Source: Camelus ferus
Taxonomy: Eukaryota
Direction of reading: 5' to 3'
DNA: 64,000 bases
Assembly: GCF_009834535.1 (NCBI RefSeq)
Contig: NC_045710.1
Location: 21,700,001 to 21,764,000, forward strand
Positions 50,076 through 63,171 of this stretch are shown one piece after another. The position numbers and the translations under genes are program-made. Within the stretch, counting starts at the first letter, position 1; each line of letters opens with the position of its first letter. Below the pieces are notes generated by a model, which had not been told where the DNA came from, did not search any database, and worked only from the letters and a program-made list of their open reading frames with translations.

Positions 50076-52009
50076 GCAACGATTACTGTTTTGTGTGCAC
50101 CCATAGTGGTTTTTGAATTGACTTCATTTACCCTCCTGTGCTGTGGATCTGTACCCAAGGAACAAGGTGAAGCTTCTATGTTCACTCAGGGTCTCAGGCC
50201 TGAGTAAGATAGCTGGATCCTGCTTATCCTGAACACCCCAATCCACATGGTTCCTCAGAAACATTCCTGGACGACACCACCCCTAGTGGGACACCCAGAG
50301 CCCTGTGTGTGCTGGGGAGGGGGTTCGGATGGGTGCTGGTGGAGGTGGGTGTGCATCCTCCTCTTGGGAGGACCATTCTGAGCCCCGTTTCAGGTGAGCT
50401 GCCCTTTCTAAGTAGGATGCAGAGACTTTCCGGGAGGAGTTCTTTGCCTGGAGCTGCCTTTATTTATGAAGCCTTAATTCTCACCATGGCAACTAGTGCG
50501 AGGTGGAGAGAGGAACCCAGATCCCAGCTCTGAGCCCGCTGCTGGGAGGTGGGGACACGGAGGGCAGGAGGTGGTAGGAGGGAACCCTCACCACAATCAT
50601 CCAAAAGAAAACACGCCAAACCCAACAACCAGCCCTCTCATCAGAGAGGGAGGGGGAGAGGGAGGCGGAAAGAGAGGGGAAAACTTGCTCGAAGAATACC
50701 CTCTAATGAGGTTTGATTACGGCTGGAGCTTCTGCATGCCATTCCCCCAAATCCCGGCTGGCTCTTTGAAATTCAAGAGTTCTTTTCTGTGAACATCAAA
50801 AGGTAAATCGTGTGCAGCTCTGTGCTGGTTGAACGGAGAGATGATTAGCAAATAAAAAATGTCCAAGTTTTAAAAAAGAAAAAAAAAGGAGCGAAATTGT
50901 CAGCAGTAAGTGCTCATTAGACCATTTCCTGGTAACACCTGGCTGGTTTTTGCTCCTCTAAACAGAGCAATTGGCGCTGATGGCGGGGGTGCTTCCAAAA
51001 AGTGGCTCAGAGCTGGGAGGGCCTGGGATGGCAGGTGCTCTGGGTGCCTGGGTTGGCTGGAGAAGGAGAAAGGTCAAGTCCAGCCCAGGGGACCTGGCTC
51101 AGTCCAGATGGTCCCCCCAGGCCCTACCGTCTGCACATCCCACTGTCATCCTCACCACCCAGACCCTGGTTGTTTGAGTCTCTCTCCTTTGGTCTCACCA
51201 GTTCTTCTGCCAGGACATCTCACCAGTCCCTCTATAGTAAAGTCAAGCCTCCCTTTCCTCCAGGGCCCGGCTTAGCACACACTTTTTCCTTGCCTCACTT
51301 CCCCATGGCTGCTCCACACCCTTTCCTTTCGTAGACGCGCGTGGGAGTGAGAGCCCACCTCACGGGTGCGTCCAGGTCACATTCGCTCTGGGAATTATCC
51401 CAGAACTGGGTCTTCTAGCCACAGCTCCGCTCTCTGCCAGAGGGCGGCTGCCATCAGTGTCTACACCTTCTGCCTGCTGAGCCCTAACCACGGGCTACCC
51501 CCCACCTCCGAGCACCCTGAGAGGTGGCAGGTACGGCAGCGTGGGAGGCCAGGCAGCCTCCTCCATCTACTCCTGTGCGATCCTGTGCATGACGCCAGAC
51601 TGCTCCCAGCCTTCATTTCCATCTGTAATTACATTTTCCTTGTAAAGGCAGGTGATATTAATACTTGACCTACTTCACAGGCTTTTGTGTGTATGAAATG
51701 AGGAAATGCATTTGCGATCGCTTTGTGAACTGCATGGGGCTCTATGCAGGCAGCGTTTATCAAAGGCTCCAGAAATACCAGTAAAATGAAGACCTGAGGC
51801 TGGTTGACAGTTGAGTTTAGTCGTTCTGGAATCAGACTGACTTGGGTTCAAGTGCTGTGTCTGTCTGTCCGCCAATCACTAGCTGGAGAACTCCTGTAAG
51901 AACTGAGCCGTCAGCACCACAACTTCCTCAGCCCCAGGAAAAGGGCTGAGCACCGTGCCCGGCACACAGCGGCTGCTCTGCAGTCTGGGTATTGATAATC
52001 ACGATGATC

Positions 52010-52190
52010 CTGGTTCTCAGAGTGTGATCCCAGAGTCAGCAGCCATCACGTCACCCAGGGACTTGTTAGGGATGTGAATTCTAGACCCTCCCTCTAGACC
52101 CACTGAGTCAGAATATCTGCGGAGGGGACTCAAGAAACCATGTTTTAACAAGCCCTCTAGGGGATTCTGATGTCCACTCAAGCTTGAGAG
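52010..52190 (+). mobile_element. MER5A hAT element
   Basis: ggttctcagagtgtgatccc...ccactgagtcagaatatctg...gttttaacaagccctctagggg attctgatg...gcttgagagcc. Confidence 0.8.
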
Positions 52191-52289
52191 CCAGGGCCTT
52201 AGAACCCAGCTGCCCACCTGGGCTGGAGGTGCCTCACAGAACCCGCTGTCACCTGTCCAGGCTCACTCTGCACCAAGCACTCTTCCAAG

Positions 52290-52470
52290 GCCTTTACCTG
52301 CCTGAACTCATTCACCCTTCTCTACAATCGTGTGAGGTAGTTATTATCAGTGGTCTTTGTTTGGCAGAAAAGGAAACTGAGGCAGAGAGGGGAAGGAGAT
52401 GCCCAGGGTCACACAGCTGGTAAGGGCAGAGCAGGCAAATCTGGCCCCAGAACCCAGTTTCTTAACAGCT
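52290..52470 (-). mobile_element. MIR SINE
   Basis: aggaaactgaggcagagagggg...gcccagggtcacacagctggtaagggcagagc. Confidence 0.8.
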
Positions 52471-53665
52471 GAGCCTGGGAGACTGCTTCTCTCAATCTCA
52501 GTTGTTACAAAAAGCAACAGCACGGAGACTTGGGGTGGCAACCGGTCAGTTGTGCACACTCGAGCCCCGAGGGAAGCATGCGGCCGGAGGGTGCCCCAGA
52601 AGGAAGGGGACGGCCCTGGGTCTCACAGATGCACTGGGATCCACGGCAACACCAGTCAATTTCAAACACATTTCCTCATTTCATACACACAAACCATTCT
52701 TCAGGGCTCTGCTCCGTCCTTAAGTGAGGAAAGTCCCCTAGTTCATCAAGGTTGTGACTCTCTCTCCCTTTCCCCAACACCCACCCACTGTGCCTCTGTC
52801 TGGTTCTGAGTGACCCCATGTGTATCTTCCCAGCCCCCAGCCTCCTGGCTAACACAGGAGCTCAGGGGGCAGAGGGCTTGGGCAGGGACAGGCAGAGGGA
52901 CAAAGGCCTGGCCGGGCGCTGGGTGGGAGGGAGGAGAGGGCAACTCAGTCCTCCCCAGTTCCTAGGGCATCTTTCCTCTGCCAGAGCCTGGAAGCAAAGC
53001 CATCAGATTTCTAGAAAGTTAAAGATGAAAGACACCTTAGAAAGAGTCTTTCATCGATGACAAAAGGCAGACAGGAAGTGCTCTCATTCAATTCTTTCTC
53101 AGTGGCTAGTGGTTTATTTGTGTGACAGCATAGGGCGTGGACGGAAGGTACGAATTCCCAAGGCAAGTGACACCTGGCCATGGAAGTTCCTGGAAGTAAG
53201 CTTCCTTGTCTCCCCCTTGAAATTCACTTCCATCCTACCTGCTAATGATGCTAACACTGGTCTGGTCACACCTGGCTCCTGGGCCCCCATTCTGTTGTTT
53301 TTGTGTGTCACACTCAGGTCTAGGCTGCGGGGCGTGGTTCAGAGAGGCAGGAAAGAGATCAGGGCTCTCTCAGCAAAGGGCCCAGCAGAGTCTGGAGTAT
53401 AGTCTGGTACTTCGTGGGGCCTTCTGAAAAGGGTGGTGTTGATGGGCCCTCAGGCCCCTTCCAGAGGGCAGGGCACCAGGGCCTCAGTGGACAGAGGCTG
53501 GGGCTGCACGCTGAGCTGTCTCCCATTCCCACCGAGGAAGTCAGAGACCCGAGTCCTGGCTCCTGCCCTTCCCAGCTCCGTGGCTTTGGCCTCCATTCAC
53601 CATTTGCCACCGTGGATGCAGGAAACGCCAGGCTGAAGATCATGTGTCTTGGCTGGGCCTTCTCT

Positions 53666-53724
53666 GCATTTCTAAGAGACACTGTGAAGGCATTTCTAAG
53701 AGACACAGTGAAGACACTGTGAAG
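53666..53724 (+). repeat. Short tandem duplication, 24-nt unit (gcatttctaagagacactgtgaag) x2 plus partial
   Basis: Seen directly; one mismatch between units. Confidence 0.85.
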
Positions 53725-54045
53725 GACATTCTTCATGAGTGACAGATGGCACCGAAGACGTGGTGCCCACTGTCAGGGCGGGCCTATTGCTGATGTCCTC
53801 CCATCCCTGGACAGTCCCGCCTGCCCACAGCCATGCCCATGCGAGAGGGAGAGGGGAAGGTGTGGCTTATTGATGGAAACGACAAGAGATTTTGCTATGC
53901 TAGGTTGTACTCTCTTTGGTCCATGTTTAATCTTACCTCCTTCTCTGTGGGATCAGGGGACCATCTGATCAGGATGTGCTAGCAGATCCAGATGGTCTCC
54001 AATGGGCTATGTGTCCCAGGTGGGTGGAGGTACCTCGGGCACTTT

Positions 54046-54083
54046 ACCCCAGGGCCAGCCCCTCACCCCAGGGCCAGCCCCTC
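54046..54083 (+). repeat. Perfect tandem duplication, 19-nt unit (accccagggccagcccctc) x2
   Basis: Seen directly. Confidence 0.85.
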
Positions 54084-54934
54084 GCTCTGCTGGAGGCGTG
54101 GCTGGGTGCATCCTGGTTCCAACCCCTTCCCCAGGGGTGCTGAAGGCCACCACTGGACTGGCCTTGCCTATTCAGGTTGCTGAGAAGAACTCTGAGATCA
54201 AAGAGCAAGGGTCAGAACCCCGCTTCACCAGTGTTAGCTGAGTGACTCGGGGCCTTAATTTTGCATCTTCAGGTCTCAGTTTCCTCAGCTGCAAAGGGGG
54301 CACAGCAGTGGCCACTCACCTCCCCAGCTGAGAGCATGAGCCAAGGCGTGTCTACACACCAGGGGACTTAGTGACCAGAGGCTGCTGTGACCACCACCTA
54401 AGATGTCCAGTGCTGCTGGCGACTGAGTGAGGAGGGGCAGGCCAGGTGATGTTGGGGGGAGAGGGCTCCAGAGGAGAGGAAGGGGCACAGCATGGGGATG
54501 GGGAGCTGAAACAACCAGGGTCTTCTGAGAACGAGGGTGAGGCTTTCCGGGCCAAGTCTCCAGGGCCCCATCTGTGTTGTAAGGGAGGTCTGCTGAGGGC
54601 TGGACTGGGACTTCTGCATATGGAAAACTCCCTGCAGGTCCAAGGCCACACACAGCAAGGATATGTCTATCAGAGCAAAGGCATGGCCCAGACTAGGAGC
54701 AGAGGGTGGGCAGAGAGGCCCGAGGGGGCACAGGGCTGGAACACAAGGTGATGGCAGAAAAAGCAAACGTTAGCCATCACCTTTAGGCTGCTCTGATTTG
54801 CACCATGGCCCCTGGGTGTGTGGGAGGCGGTGGAGAGGCAGACCCCAGTACTACTCCCAGCCTGATGCTGCGGCGGAGTATGTACTCAGCCACAAGGGGA
54901 CCCAGCTTCCTCGTCAGCTGTGAAAATGAGAAGT

Positions 54935-55100
54935 AATGTCCTAGAGCAGTGGTTAAGGGCAAGCACTCTGGGACCAAGCATTCTGTGACTCTCAGTGACC
55001 TTCTACAAGTCATCTAATGCTCCAGGCCTCTGTCTTTCCTTCTAAGAAATGGGATAATAGCCACCCTCATAGGAGTGTGAGGAGTGACCAGCAGTGGATG
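54935..55100 (+). mobile_element. MIR SINE
   Basis: agcagtggttaagggcaagcactctggg...aaatgggataatagccaccctcataggagtgtgagg. Confidence 0.7.
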
Positions 55101-55217
55101 TACGTGGAGTGTGCCAAACGGGGCCTAGCAGATACTTAGAGATGCCTGAACGGGTCCCCGGGTGAGCAGGCACACCCTGGCTAAGTGCTGAGGGCTGACA
55201 GACGGGAAGGCTCTTAC

Positions 55218-55316
55218 CTGCGGATGGTTCTGAGCAGGGTGGAGCGGGCCTCGTTGTGGAAGGTGATGATGATGCTGGTCGGGGGGAGGTCCTTGCAGTA
55301 TACAAGCAGCGTGCAT
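55218..55316 (-). CDS. GALNT14: GALNT14 coding exon 3 (99 nt), start of catalytic GT-A domain
   Basis: Translates (R)[32 protein letters not shown](S), matching the GalNAc-T '[11 protein letters not shown]' motif; AG acceptor at 55317-55318, GTAAGA donor from 55217. Confidence 0.96.
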
Positions 55317-56749
55317 CTTGGGGAGGAAAGGCAATGGAACAAGAAGGCCTTTAGAGGCAAAGCAGATCTAAAGGGCTGGAACCAAGAGCACCCCCTGTGT
55401 GGACAGATGCCTGGTGTCCAGGTGATGGGGAGCGCCCCAGCTGCATAGCACTGGGTGAGACCCCAGGGCTTCACCTGGCCCTAAGAGGGGTAAGGATGCT
55501 CTGAGAATGATTAGAGCTGAATCTCCCCCCACCTCGAGGGAACCTGGGCACGGAGCCAAATTAAGCTGATGTATGGAACATAAATGTGGGACTTTCCACC
55601 CACCTGAGTTACTGCACAGTGCTTCCTAGTAGCCACATAAGCCCACCTCCAAGTCTTGGGCTCTGCTGCCCAGTCTGCTGAGGCCTCACCGTGTTCCTGT
55701 TCTGGGCCAGCAGCTCCCACACCCCACCCCACCCCACGCCATGCTGACCCCTGACCTCCTGCCACACACACCGAAATCCAGCCTGTTTAAAGAGGCAGAG
55801 CCCTAAAACCCAACATACGCAATAACACCCCATCTTGAAAAAGCATTCATTTCCCTGTGTCCAGGATCATTTGTATGACAATTACATCTGGGGTAATTTC
55901 AATTTAATACCTCACTGCAAGTGAAAATTGTAGCCCGCAGCTCGGAAATTACGATAATAATGGAAATAAACCCACCAAGTGAGGCTGGTGACACCAGGGG
56001 CGATCGCCGGGTAAATGTTTCCTCCTGTTTCTCGCTCTTTCAGGGATATTAAACGAGGAAGTAAATAACAGATGTTTGGAGAGTCAGACATTTCCTCTCT
56101 CCATTTTCTAATTTCTTCCCAGGCTTGGGGCTTTTTATCTGGGGCCCGGACACCCAAGGATGGACTACAAGCGGGATGTGAGCTCTCTGAAATCGTTTGC
56201 AAAGTTGTATATGCAAATGGTTTTTTGGTTTTTTTTCTGGGAAGATGGTTCATAGTTTCAGCAGATTCTCAAAGAAGTCTGTGGCCTAAAACACTTAAGG
56301 ACCTCAGTCCTAGGCCAACGAGCCTGACGTCCCTTTGGCCTCCCTGATAATTCTGAACACTCTTTCCTACAAGAGCAACACTGAATAAAGGCCCCAGGGG
56401 AAGAGACAGTGGAAGGTACATTATGACCTTCAGGCCTTCCTGTGTAGCCCCCACACAGATAATTTCTCACCCCATTACATCAGCTCCACCTACTAGTAAA
56501 CCCTCCCTGGGGGCCCAGCTCAGAGAGTCTTTACTCCTCTGGGGGGTCCCTGAAGCAGCCTCCTCACCAGCCTTCCTGCCTCTGCCCTCTGTTCTGTGCC
56601 CCCGCCAGTCATGTCCAGTCCACCACACAGCTCTGCCAGGGCCTTCCCCTGGCTGGAAGCCTTTGGTGGCCCCTCAGGTAGAAAGTCCAAACTCCCTATC
56701 ACAATGGCAGCTTCATTTGCTGCCATAACTCTCTGCCACTGCTCCCACT

Positions 56750-57060
56750 ATTACTTCTGCATGGAGCAGTGTCCTCTCTCTTTTCTCTACTTGAACTCCT
56801 ACTCATCCTTCAAGACCTAGAGCAAATATCCCATCTTCTGGGAACATGTTCCATACTCCCCCAGGTAAGTAATGTCCTTTGTGCTCCCATAATTCTGTAC
56901 ATATCTCTGTTCTGGCACTTCTCAAGATGGACTGTCTCCCCCAGTTGACTATGAGTTCCTTGAGGAAAGGACCTTTGTCTAGCTCCATGTCCCTAGAACA
57001 AGAATTAAGTATACCAGATCCCCATTCATGGAGACAGAGAGAAAGAAATTCAGGAAATGT
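56750..57060 (+). mobile_element. L2 3' fragment
   Basis: ctgtctcccccagttgactatgagttccttgaggaaaggacctttgtc is the L2 3' hallmark. Confidence 0.7.
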
Positions 57061-57104
57061 ATTCCTAGGTCAGCTGACGACTTAGCTGTTTATGGTTTTA
57101 AAAG

Positions 57105-57580
57105 GTGCTGTAACCAGATGGCTTCCAAAGATTCTCACCTACTGGTCCTCATGCTTTGTATCCTTCTGTCCCTCGTGGGATCAGGGCAAACTTGTATGAG
57201 TAATAGAATGCGATGGAAATGAGTGTGGGACTTCCAAGGCTAAGTCACAAAAGCACTGTAGGCCCTGCCTCGGCCCCTCGGGGGGAGCCAGCTGCCGTGC
57301 CATGAGGACACTCAAGCAGCGCTGTGGGGAGACTCTGGCGTGTGGAGGAACAGCGGCCTCCTGCCCACAGCCAGTCTGAATGAGCCACTTCGGCAGTGAG
57401 TCCACCAATTCCAGTCAAGCCATCAGATGACAGCAGTTCCAGCGGCTCCAAGACAAAACTGCCCAGCCAAGATGCTCCGAATTCTGACCCACACAGACTA
57501 CAAAGATGATCATGGTTCCTGCTGTTTTAAGCCACTAAGGTTTGGGGGTGATATGTTGTGCATTAAATAAGCATTATAAA
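57105..57580 (+). mobile_element. MaLR LTR (MLT1E/F-like), solo
   Basis: gagccagctgccgtgccatgaggacactcaagcagc...ccagtcaagccatcagatgacagcag...ctgttttaagccactaaggtttgggggtg. Confidence 0.85.
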
Positions 57581-58999
57581 AGGGTAAAGAAAATGTCTTG
57601 AAATAGCCCCCCAGTGAGAAGAGGCCTTGGACTTGCTTATCTTCAGACACAGACCTGAGTCTAAGTTGGGAGCAGTGGGGAGGGAGGAAGGCAGGTGGCT
57701 AGGGGAAGGTGGACTTGGGGTCAGGGGGATCCATCAATTGGTGTGCTGCAGGGTCCGTGGGGGCATGGAGGGGCTTGGAGGGGCCCAGGCAGAGAGGCAG
57801 GCAGTAGTGAGCATGGTCACCGCCAGAAGGAATGCGGTGGATGTCAGGGAGCAAAAGGACAATCATGTGTCTCTTCACAGGAAGGTGAGAAAGCAGAGAG
57901 CTTAGCAGAACCTCCTTGTCTCCACCAGAGAAGGGGCGAAAACATGGATGAGCAGAATGACCGAGAAGGTCGCACTGCCCGGGTTGTGCCAAGGGTCAAG
58001 CAGGACCCCATGCTGGAGACGGCTTTCTGTTCCACACCCTGGGAAGGAACGACATCCCAAGTCCCAGCTTTTGTGAGGTAAGTTATTCGGGGGCAAGTTG
58101 GTGCAGGAGGTACTGGGAGTTATCTGTTTAGAGAGCTTTTGGGGACAGGGACACTCTTCCTGCCTTAGAAGCATCCAGCTGGACAGCAGGTGTATGGCCG
58201 CACAGGGACCGGCAGTGTGCACACACGTGGTGCTGGGAGAGCAGAGGGAGGGGGGCCTCCACCTGGGGTGCTGATGAAGAAGGCTTTATGGAGAAGGAGG
58301 TGCTGAATCTCACAGGGTGAGGTAGGAACGGATGGATGGAAATGGGGTATGGCATCCCCATCACAGCACAGTTCTGGGCCCTCAGGCTGGGTGCCGAGTG
58401 AATATTCTGTTCACAGAATACTGGCCTGGGTGTCTGGATACCATTGACCATCTGCGAGACAGTGGGCAAACCACCCACCTCTCCAGGCTGCTGTCTGCTC
58501 ATCTGTAAAACAGCGGCTGGGCCCAAGGCTCTCCTGCTAAAGTTCTCAGAGCATCAGTTATCAGAAGCCTTGATTGTAGCTGACATCCAATAAGCGTGGT
58601 TGATTTGAACGAAATATCGCAAAGCCCATTCTGCAGCTGAGGCTCCACTGTGTGGCTGGACACCCGAATTTACTTTTCTAAGCCTCATTTAGTTTTTTCA
58701 TCTGGGAAGTCGGAGACAATAATTTTGAACTTGTCGATTCCTCCCCTAGATTATTACCATGCTAGGTAATAATAGATGCTTGACAAATAGTAACTACCAA
58801 TGTTTTTAACATCAAGTTCAAATCTGCAGACTCCTCCTCCCAGTGGGTGGAGCCATATCTTGCATGGGCTGGAAAGGCATCTTTGGTGAGTGGTTCTGCC
58901 CTGTCCAATGGTGGGTGAGGGGCCCAGAGAGGCAAGAGGAGAACAGAGCAAAGAGTGAAGCACCAGTGTTTTAAAGGCAGTGGGGCTGTGATGTCGAAT

Positions 59000-59170
59000 C
59001 TGCTGAAAACTGGCTGTGGGCATGTCCTTTACATTTTCTGAGCCTCAATGTTGTCACCTGTAAAATGAGCACAAATACCTCCTTTTCAGGCTTGTTTGTG
59101 AAGACTGCAGAGAATGCTGGCAAAACTCCCGGAGTTTCATAGCTGATGAGTAAATGGTGGCGAGAATGAT
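59000..59170 (+). mobile_element. MIR SINE
   Basis: ttctgagcctcaatgttgtcacctgtaaaatgag core. Confidence 0.6.
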
Positions 59171-61149
59171 TATTATCACAACCATATAGTGGCTGGACCA
59201 GCCTCCAGGCAATGTTCAGTGCTTCTGGACTAGAACTACAAAGTCAGAGTTCAGAAAAGGAAGGGGCTTGGAGATGACCCAGTCCAATGTCCTAAACTGG
59301 GCAGAACTTGGTGGCATAACAGGCATGAGCTAGAGCCCGGGTTGCTATGCTCCTGGGCATTGCCCCCTCCAGCCTCATGCTCCTGGGGGATAAAGGACAG
59401 GGGGCTCTTCCTCGAGGCTGAGCAGAGTCCAATAAGCACCTCCCATGTGCAGAGGCCCAGGGAGGGCAGGCCGGCAGCAGGAAAGTGCCTCATAGCTCCG
59501 AAGCATGGGCATCCCCACTCCTGGCATTTGGCAGTATCTCCTCCGACCCCAGCTCACAGTTCACGGTGCCTGGACGCATCCTTGTCTCCTCTGACCCTCA
59601 CAACAGCCTCTGAGAACCTGTACTCCACAGATAAGAAGAACTGAGGCTCAGAATCTCACTCAAGGTCACATACCTGGTGAGTGGCTGAGATGAGTGTTTC
59701 CACGACTTCTAACATGGGATTGGTCTCTACTGTCAGGCTGTGAACTCACCCTGGTTAGGGCACAGGAGTCCGAGGGGTTGATACTGGGCAGATCTGCCCT
59801 TCAAGGCCCAGGGGACCACAGCCCTGCTTAGGGATGAGCCCTGCTCACTGACAGTAACAAGGCCATGGGGCCAGGAAAAAATCTTAACACTGGCTGCAGT
59901 GAGGAGAGTTGGCTTGGCCTGTTTATGGGCTTTCTGTGAGAGGATCTAAAAGAGTCATCAAACAGTAGGATCTATTAGGGGCACCCGGGGAATGAAAAAG
60001 GCTGCCAACACTGAGATCTGGCGCCGGCAGACAGTCGAGAAAGCAGGTTGATAATTTATTAAAGATTCAGGGGTTTTACTGGAAAGAAGAGCTGGTAAGC
60101 AGGAAAGATGGGGGTGGGGGTGGAGCCAGGAGGAAGCGGGGGACCACCGCTGTGTGCGGAGACAGATGCCAGCCCCAGGCTGCTGTCCTGACTGCCACAG
60201 CAGCTCCTGAATAATGCACGCTCCTCTGAGTTGATTTTCCACGTGTAGTTTCATATTTTTTTTAAAAGAAAGTTTCAACTAAGGTTTAATTCCCCCAAGT
60301 TCAGGTGGGTCCCACAGTGCTTCCTAATCATCAATTTTTCAAGTGTTCAGTGTCATTTATTGGCCAAGGATGCTTCCAGAGAGGTTTTCTGAGATGCTAA
60401 CCCCTGGCACAAGGTGGAAGCTTCCGTATTCCATCTATTTCTGTCTCTCCACCAGCCAATCACTGCTCTGCCGCCCACCACGCCCTGTCCCTGTACCTGA
60501 ACAGGTGCCAACGCGGGCATATTGGAAACATACCAAGCGAAGATGGCTGTTAGTTATCAGAGAAATGTAATGCTGTGCACATGCCTTTTATTTTATTGCA
60601 CAAGTCCATTAAACTGGCAGTGGACGTAAACAGAGGGCTATGATGACCACCATCATCCCCATTTTATCACTGGGCAACAGGGCTCCCGCTGGGCCAGTGG
60701 CGTTCCTGCTGGGGCTGCGACCCAGGTCCTCTACGTCCTATACACCTGGTCCTCCTCCTACAGCATGTCACCCTTACAGAAGAAAAGACGTGGTCCTAAA
60801 TGATAAACATTCAGGATTTCATTCTGGAGTATAAACATCGGTGGGAGTGATGGAGAGGCACACTCGATAACTTGGAAGCAGAGAGGAGAGTGTAATTATT
60901 ATTACTAGTATGTCCAGAAATGATAATGGCTCTGTATCTGGAAAGCAAACTCCTGAAGGAGGGGCTCTGGTGTCCTTCGAGCAGAGACTGAGGGCAATTA
61001 GAGTAAAAGGAGAGGTCAGGCTAATACACAGCAGGACATAGTAGAAATCAAACAGGCCTGGGGTGGTACCCTGGGCAGGCCCTTTCTCACTTCAGTGACG
61101 AAACTATCCACTTCAGGGAAGGTTTTTAAATGACTACTTAGTGATCCCT

Positions 61150-61290
61150 GCTGCCAGGTGCTGTACTGAGCATGTCGCATATTTAATACTCACAGTAACC
61201 CTGTGGGGGGTAGGGCACTGTTTAATGGATTCACTCAAGAGGAGACTAAGGCACAGGGAGATAAGTAACTCACTGCAGCTAGTGAGCCCA
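61150..61290 (-). mobile_element. MIR SINE
   Basis: tttaatactcacagtaaccctgtggggg...ggagactaaggcacagggagataagtaac. Confidence 0.6.
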
Positions 61291-62689
61291 GGCCTGCTGC
61301 ACATCCTTGTCACCAAGCCACCACCTCTCCATGCCAGCACTTTTCCTAGCACCAGTGTATCCGTAAGCTGCCAGCTGTCGCCAGGTCTACTCTGTGCCCT
61401 GCACACCGTGTAGATCCCTATGTGACTCACACCACCCCAAGAAGCAGCCTCCACCGAGCTCTAGAACCCAGCAGTTGCAGCGACCAGCCCAGAAGGGAGG
61501 GACAGGCTGCCTGCGGTTCCTGGGTAGCGACAGGAAGACAGGGAAACCGCTGGCTGAGCTGCCAAGGGAACATCCTACGAGGGGCTCCCACTTACTGCCC
61601 AGATGGAGCCTGCAAGGGTGGGTGCAGGGGTGATTTCAACAAGGTGCTAGGAAGCATGGTTTGTGAACCTCTGTTTCTAGATGGAATGCTGCAGCCCATT
61701 CTTCCTATTCCTGCAGGTCCAGCACCCACTCCAGAGGCCAGACCCAGGCAGAGAGAACGCATGGGTTATCTTCTCTGCATATACCATCTGTCTGAGCTCT
61801 ACAATCACAAAGGCCGAGGGAAACAGGTGTAAGATGTAAGGGGGGCTGGGGGGATGGGGCTGGTTTCCTGGGAGAACACTTTCCCCAAGGGAGTGACAAT
61901 CTGGATTTCTGTGCAGGTGGGTGAGGCACAGGCTTCCCTCCCTCCCCACTCCCATCATCTCTGTCTCACTGTGCCCTCGCGCTAGCACAGAAGAGGTTCC
62001 ACTGAGACTACACTGCCACCAACACCCACCCCAAAGCCAACGTGTGTGAGGAAGAAAGGTGTGAGGGGAAAATCTCTTGGACCAGTGACCTTTCCAGAAT
62101 GTCATTTCCCTCAGGACAGGGACCGTGAACTTGCTGCCAGTTTTTAGAAGCCCAGATTTCTTTTTTGGAGCTGAGAACACCTAATACATTCCCAGTTTAG
62201 TTCTACGTAAGGAAGCCTACTCTCAGCTTAGGAGAAAAGGAAGATGACTGAAAACTACAAAATGCCAAATCTGTGACTGGCCTTTCCATTCAAACTCGAC
62301 TCTTCAGGAGAGAAAAACACAAGCAGTAGAAAAAGTATGACAGCTGTAAAACCAGAAATTCCTTTTAATCTCATTTCATGGGCAACACTGATACACTGTA
62401 AGGCATGAAATTTTTATTTCATGTCAATTTCACTGGGATTTCACATGCAGATTAATTTGTTCATCCACATAAACATATACGGCTCCTGTATTTTGCCTCA
62501 ACAGCCACCCTTACTTAATATTATAGAAATCCTGCATCTCATAAAGACACTTAAATTAACAGTGAGACCTGCTATTTCATTACACTGCCACATTTTGAAT
62601 TGCTGAGCATGTTATTAAATTCTAGTATCCTGGGAAGGGGATAAGTGGGCCAGGGCAGGGAATGAACTGCTTAGGAGCTTGGCTGGGCT

Positions 62690-63171
62690 CGGTGGTGGGT
62701 AGCTGATGGCCCCCAGTCCCCACCTCCTTGTGGAATCGCATCCCTTTGAGTGTGGATTGAATCTGGTGACTTGCTTCTAAGGAACAGACTGCAGCTAGAG
62801 AGAGAAGATGTCACTCCTGTGATCAGGTCACAAGATAGCAACTTCTGTCTTTTTGGCTTGTACACTCTGCTGAAGCAAGCTGCCACAACGGGGAGCCCCA
62901 CATGGCAAGGAACTAGGTGTGGCCTCTGGTCAACAGCCCCAGGAGGGACTGAATCCTGCCAACAACCATGTCCGTGAGCTTGGAAGAGCCTTCTCCCCAA
63001 CACTTACCCCAAGATGCCTGCAGCCCCAGCGGACACCTCGAACGCTGCCTGTGAGAGACCCTGAAGGAAAGGACCATTGAATTCCTGACCCACGAAACTG
63101 TGAGATGATAAACATTATTTTAAGCCACTAAGTTTTGTGGTAATTTGTTAAGCAGCACAGACAATGAATAC
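62690..63171 (+). mobile_element. MaLR LTR (MLT1D-like), solo
   Basis: ccctttgagtgtgg...gtgacttgcttctaa...catggcaaggaact...cctgccaacaaccatg...gaattcctgacccacgaaactgtgagatgataaac...ttttaagccactaagttttgtggtaatttgtt...aatgaataca. Confidence 0.88.
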
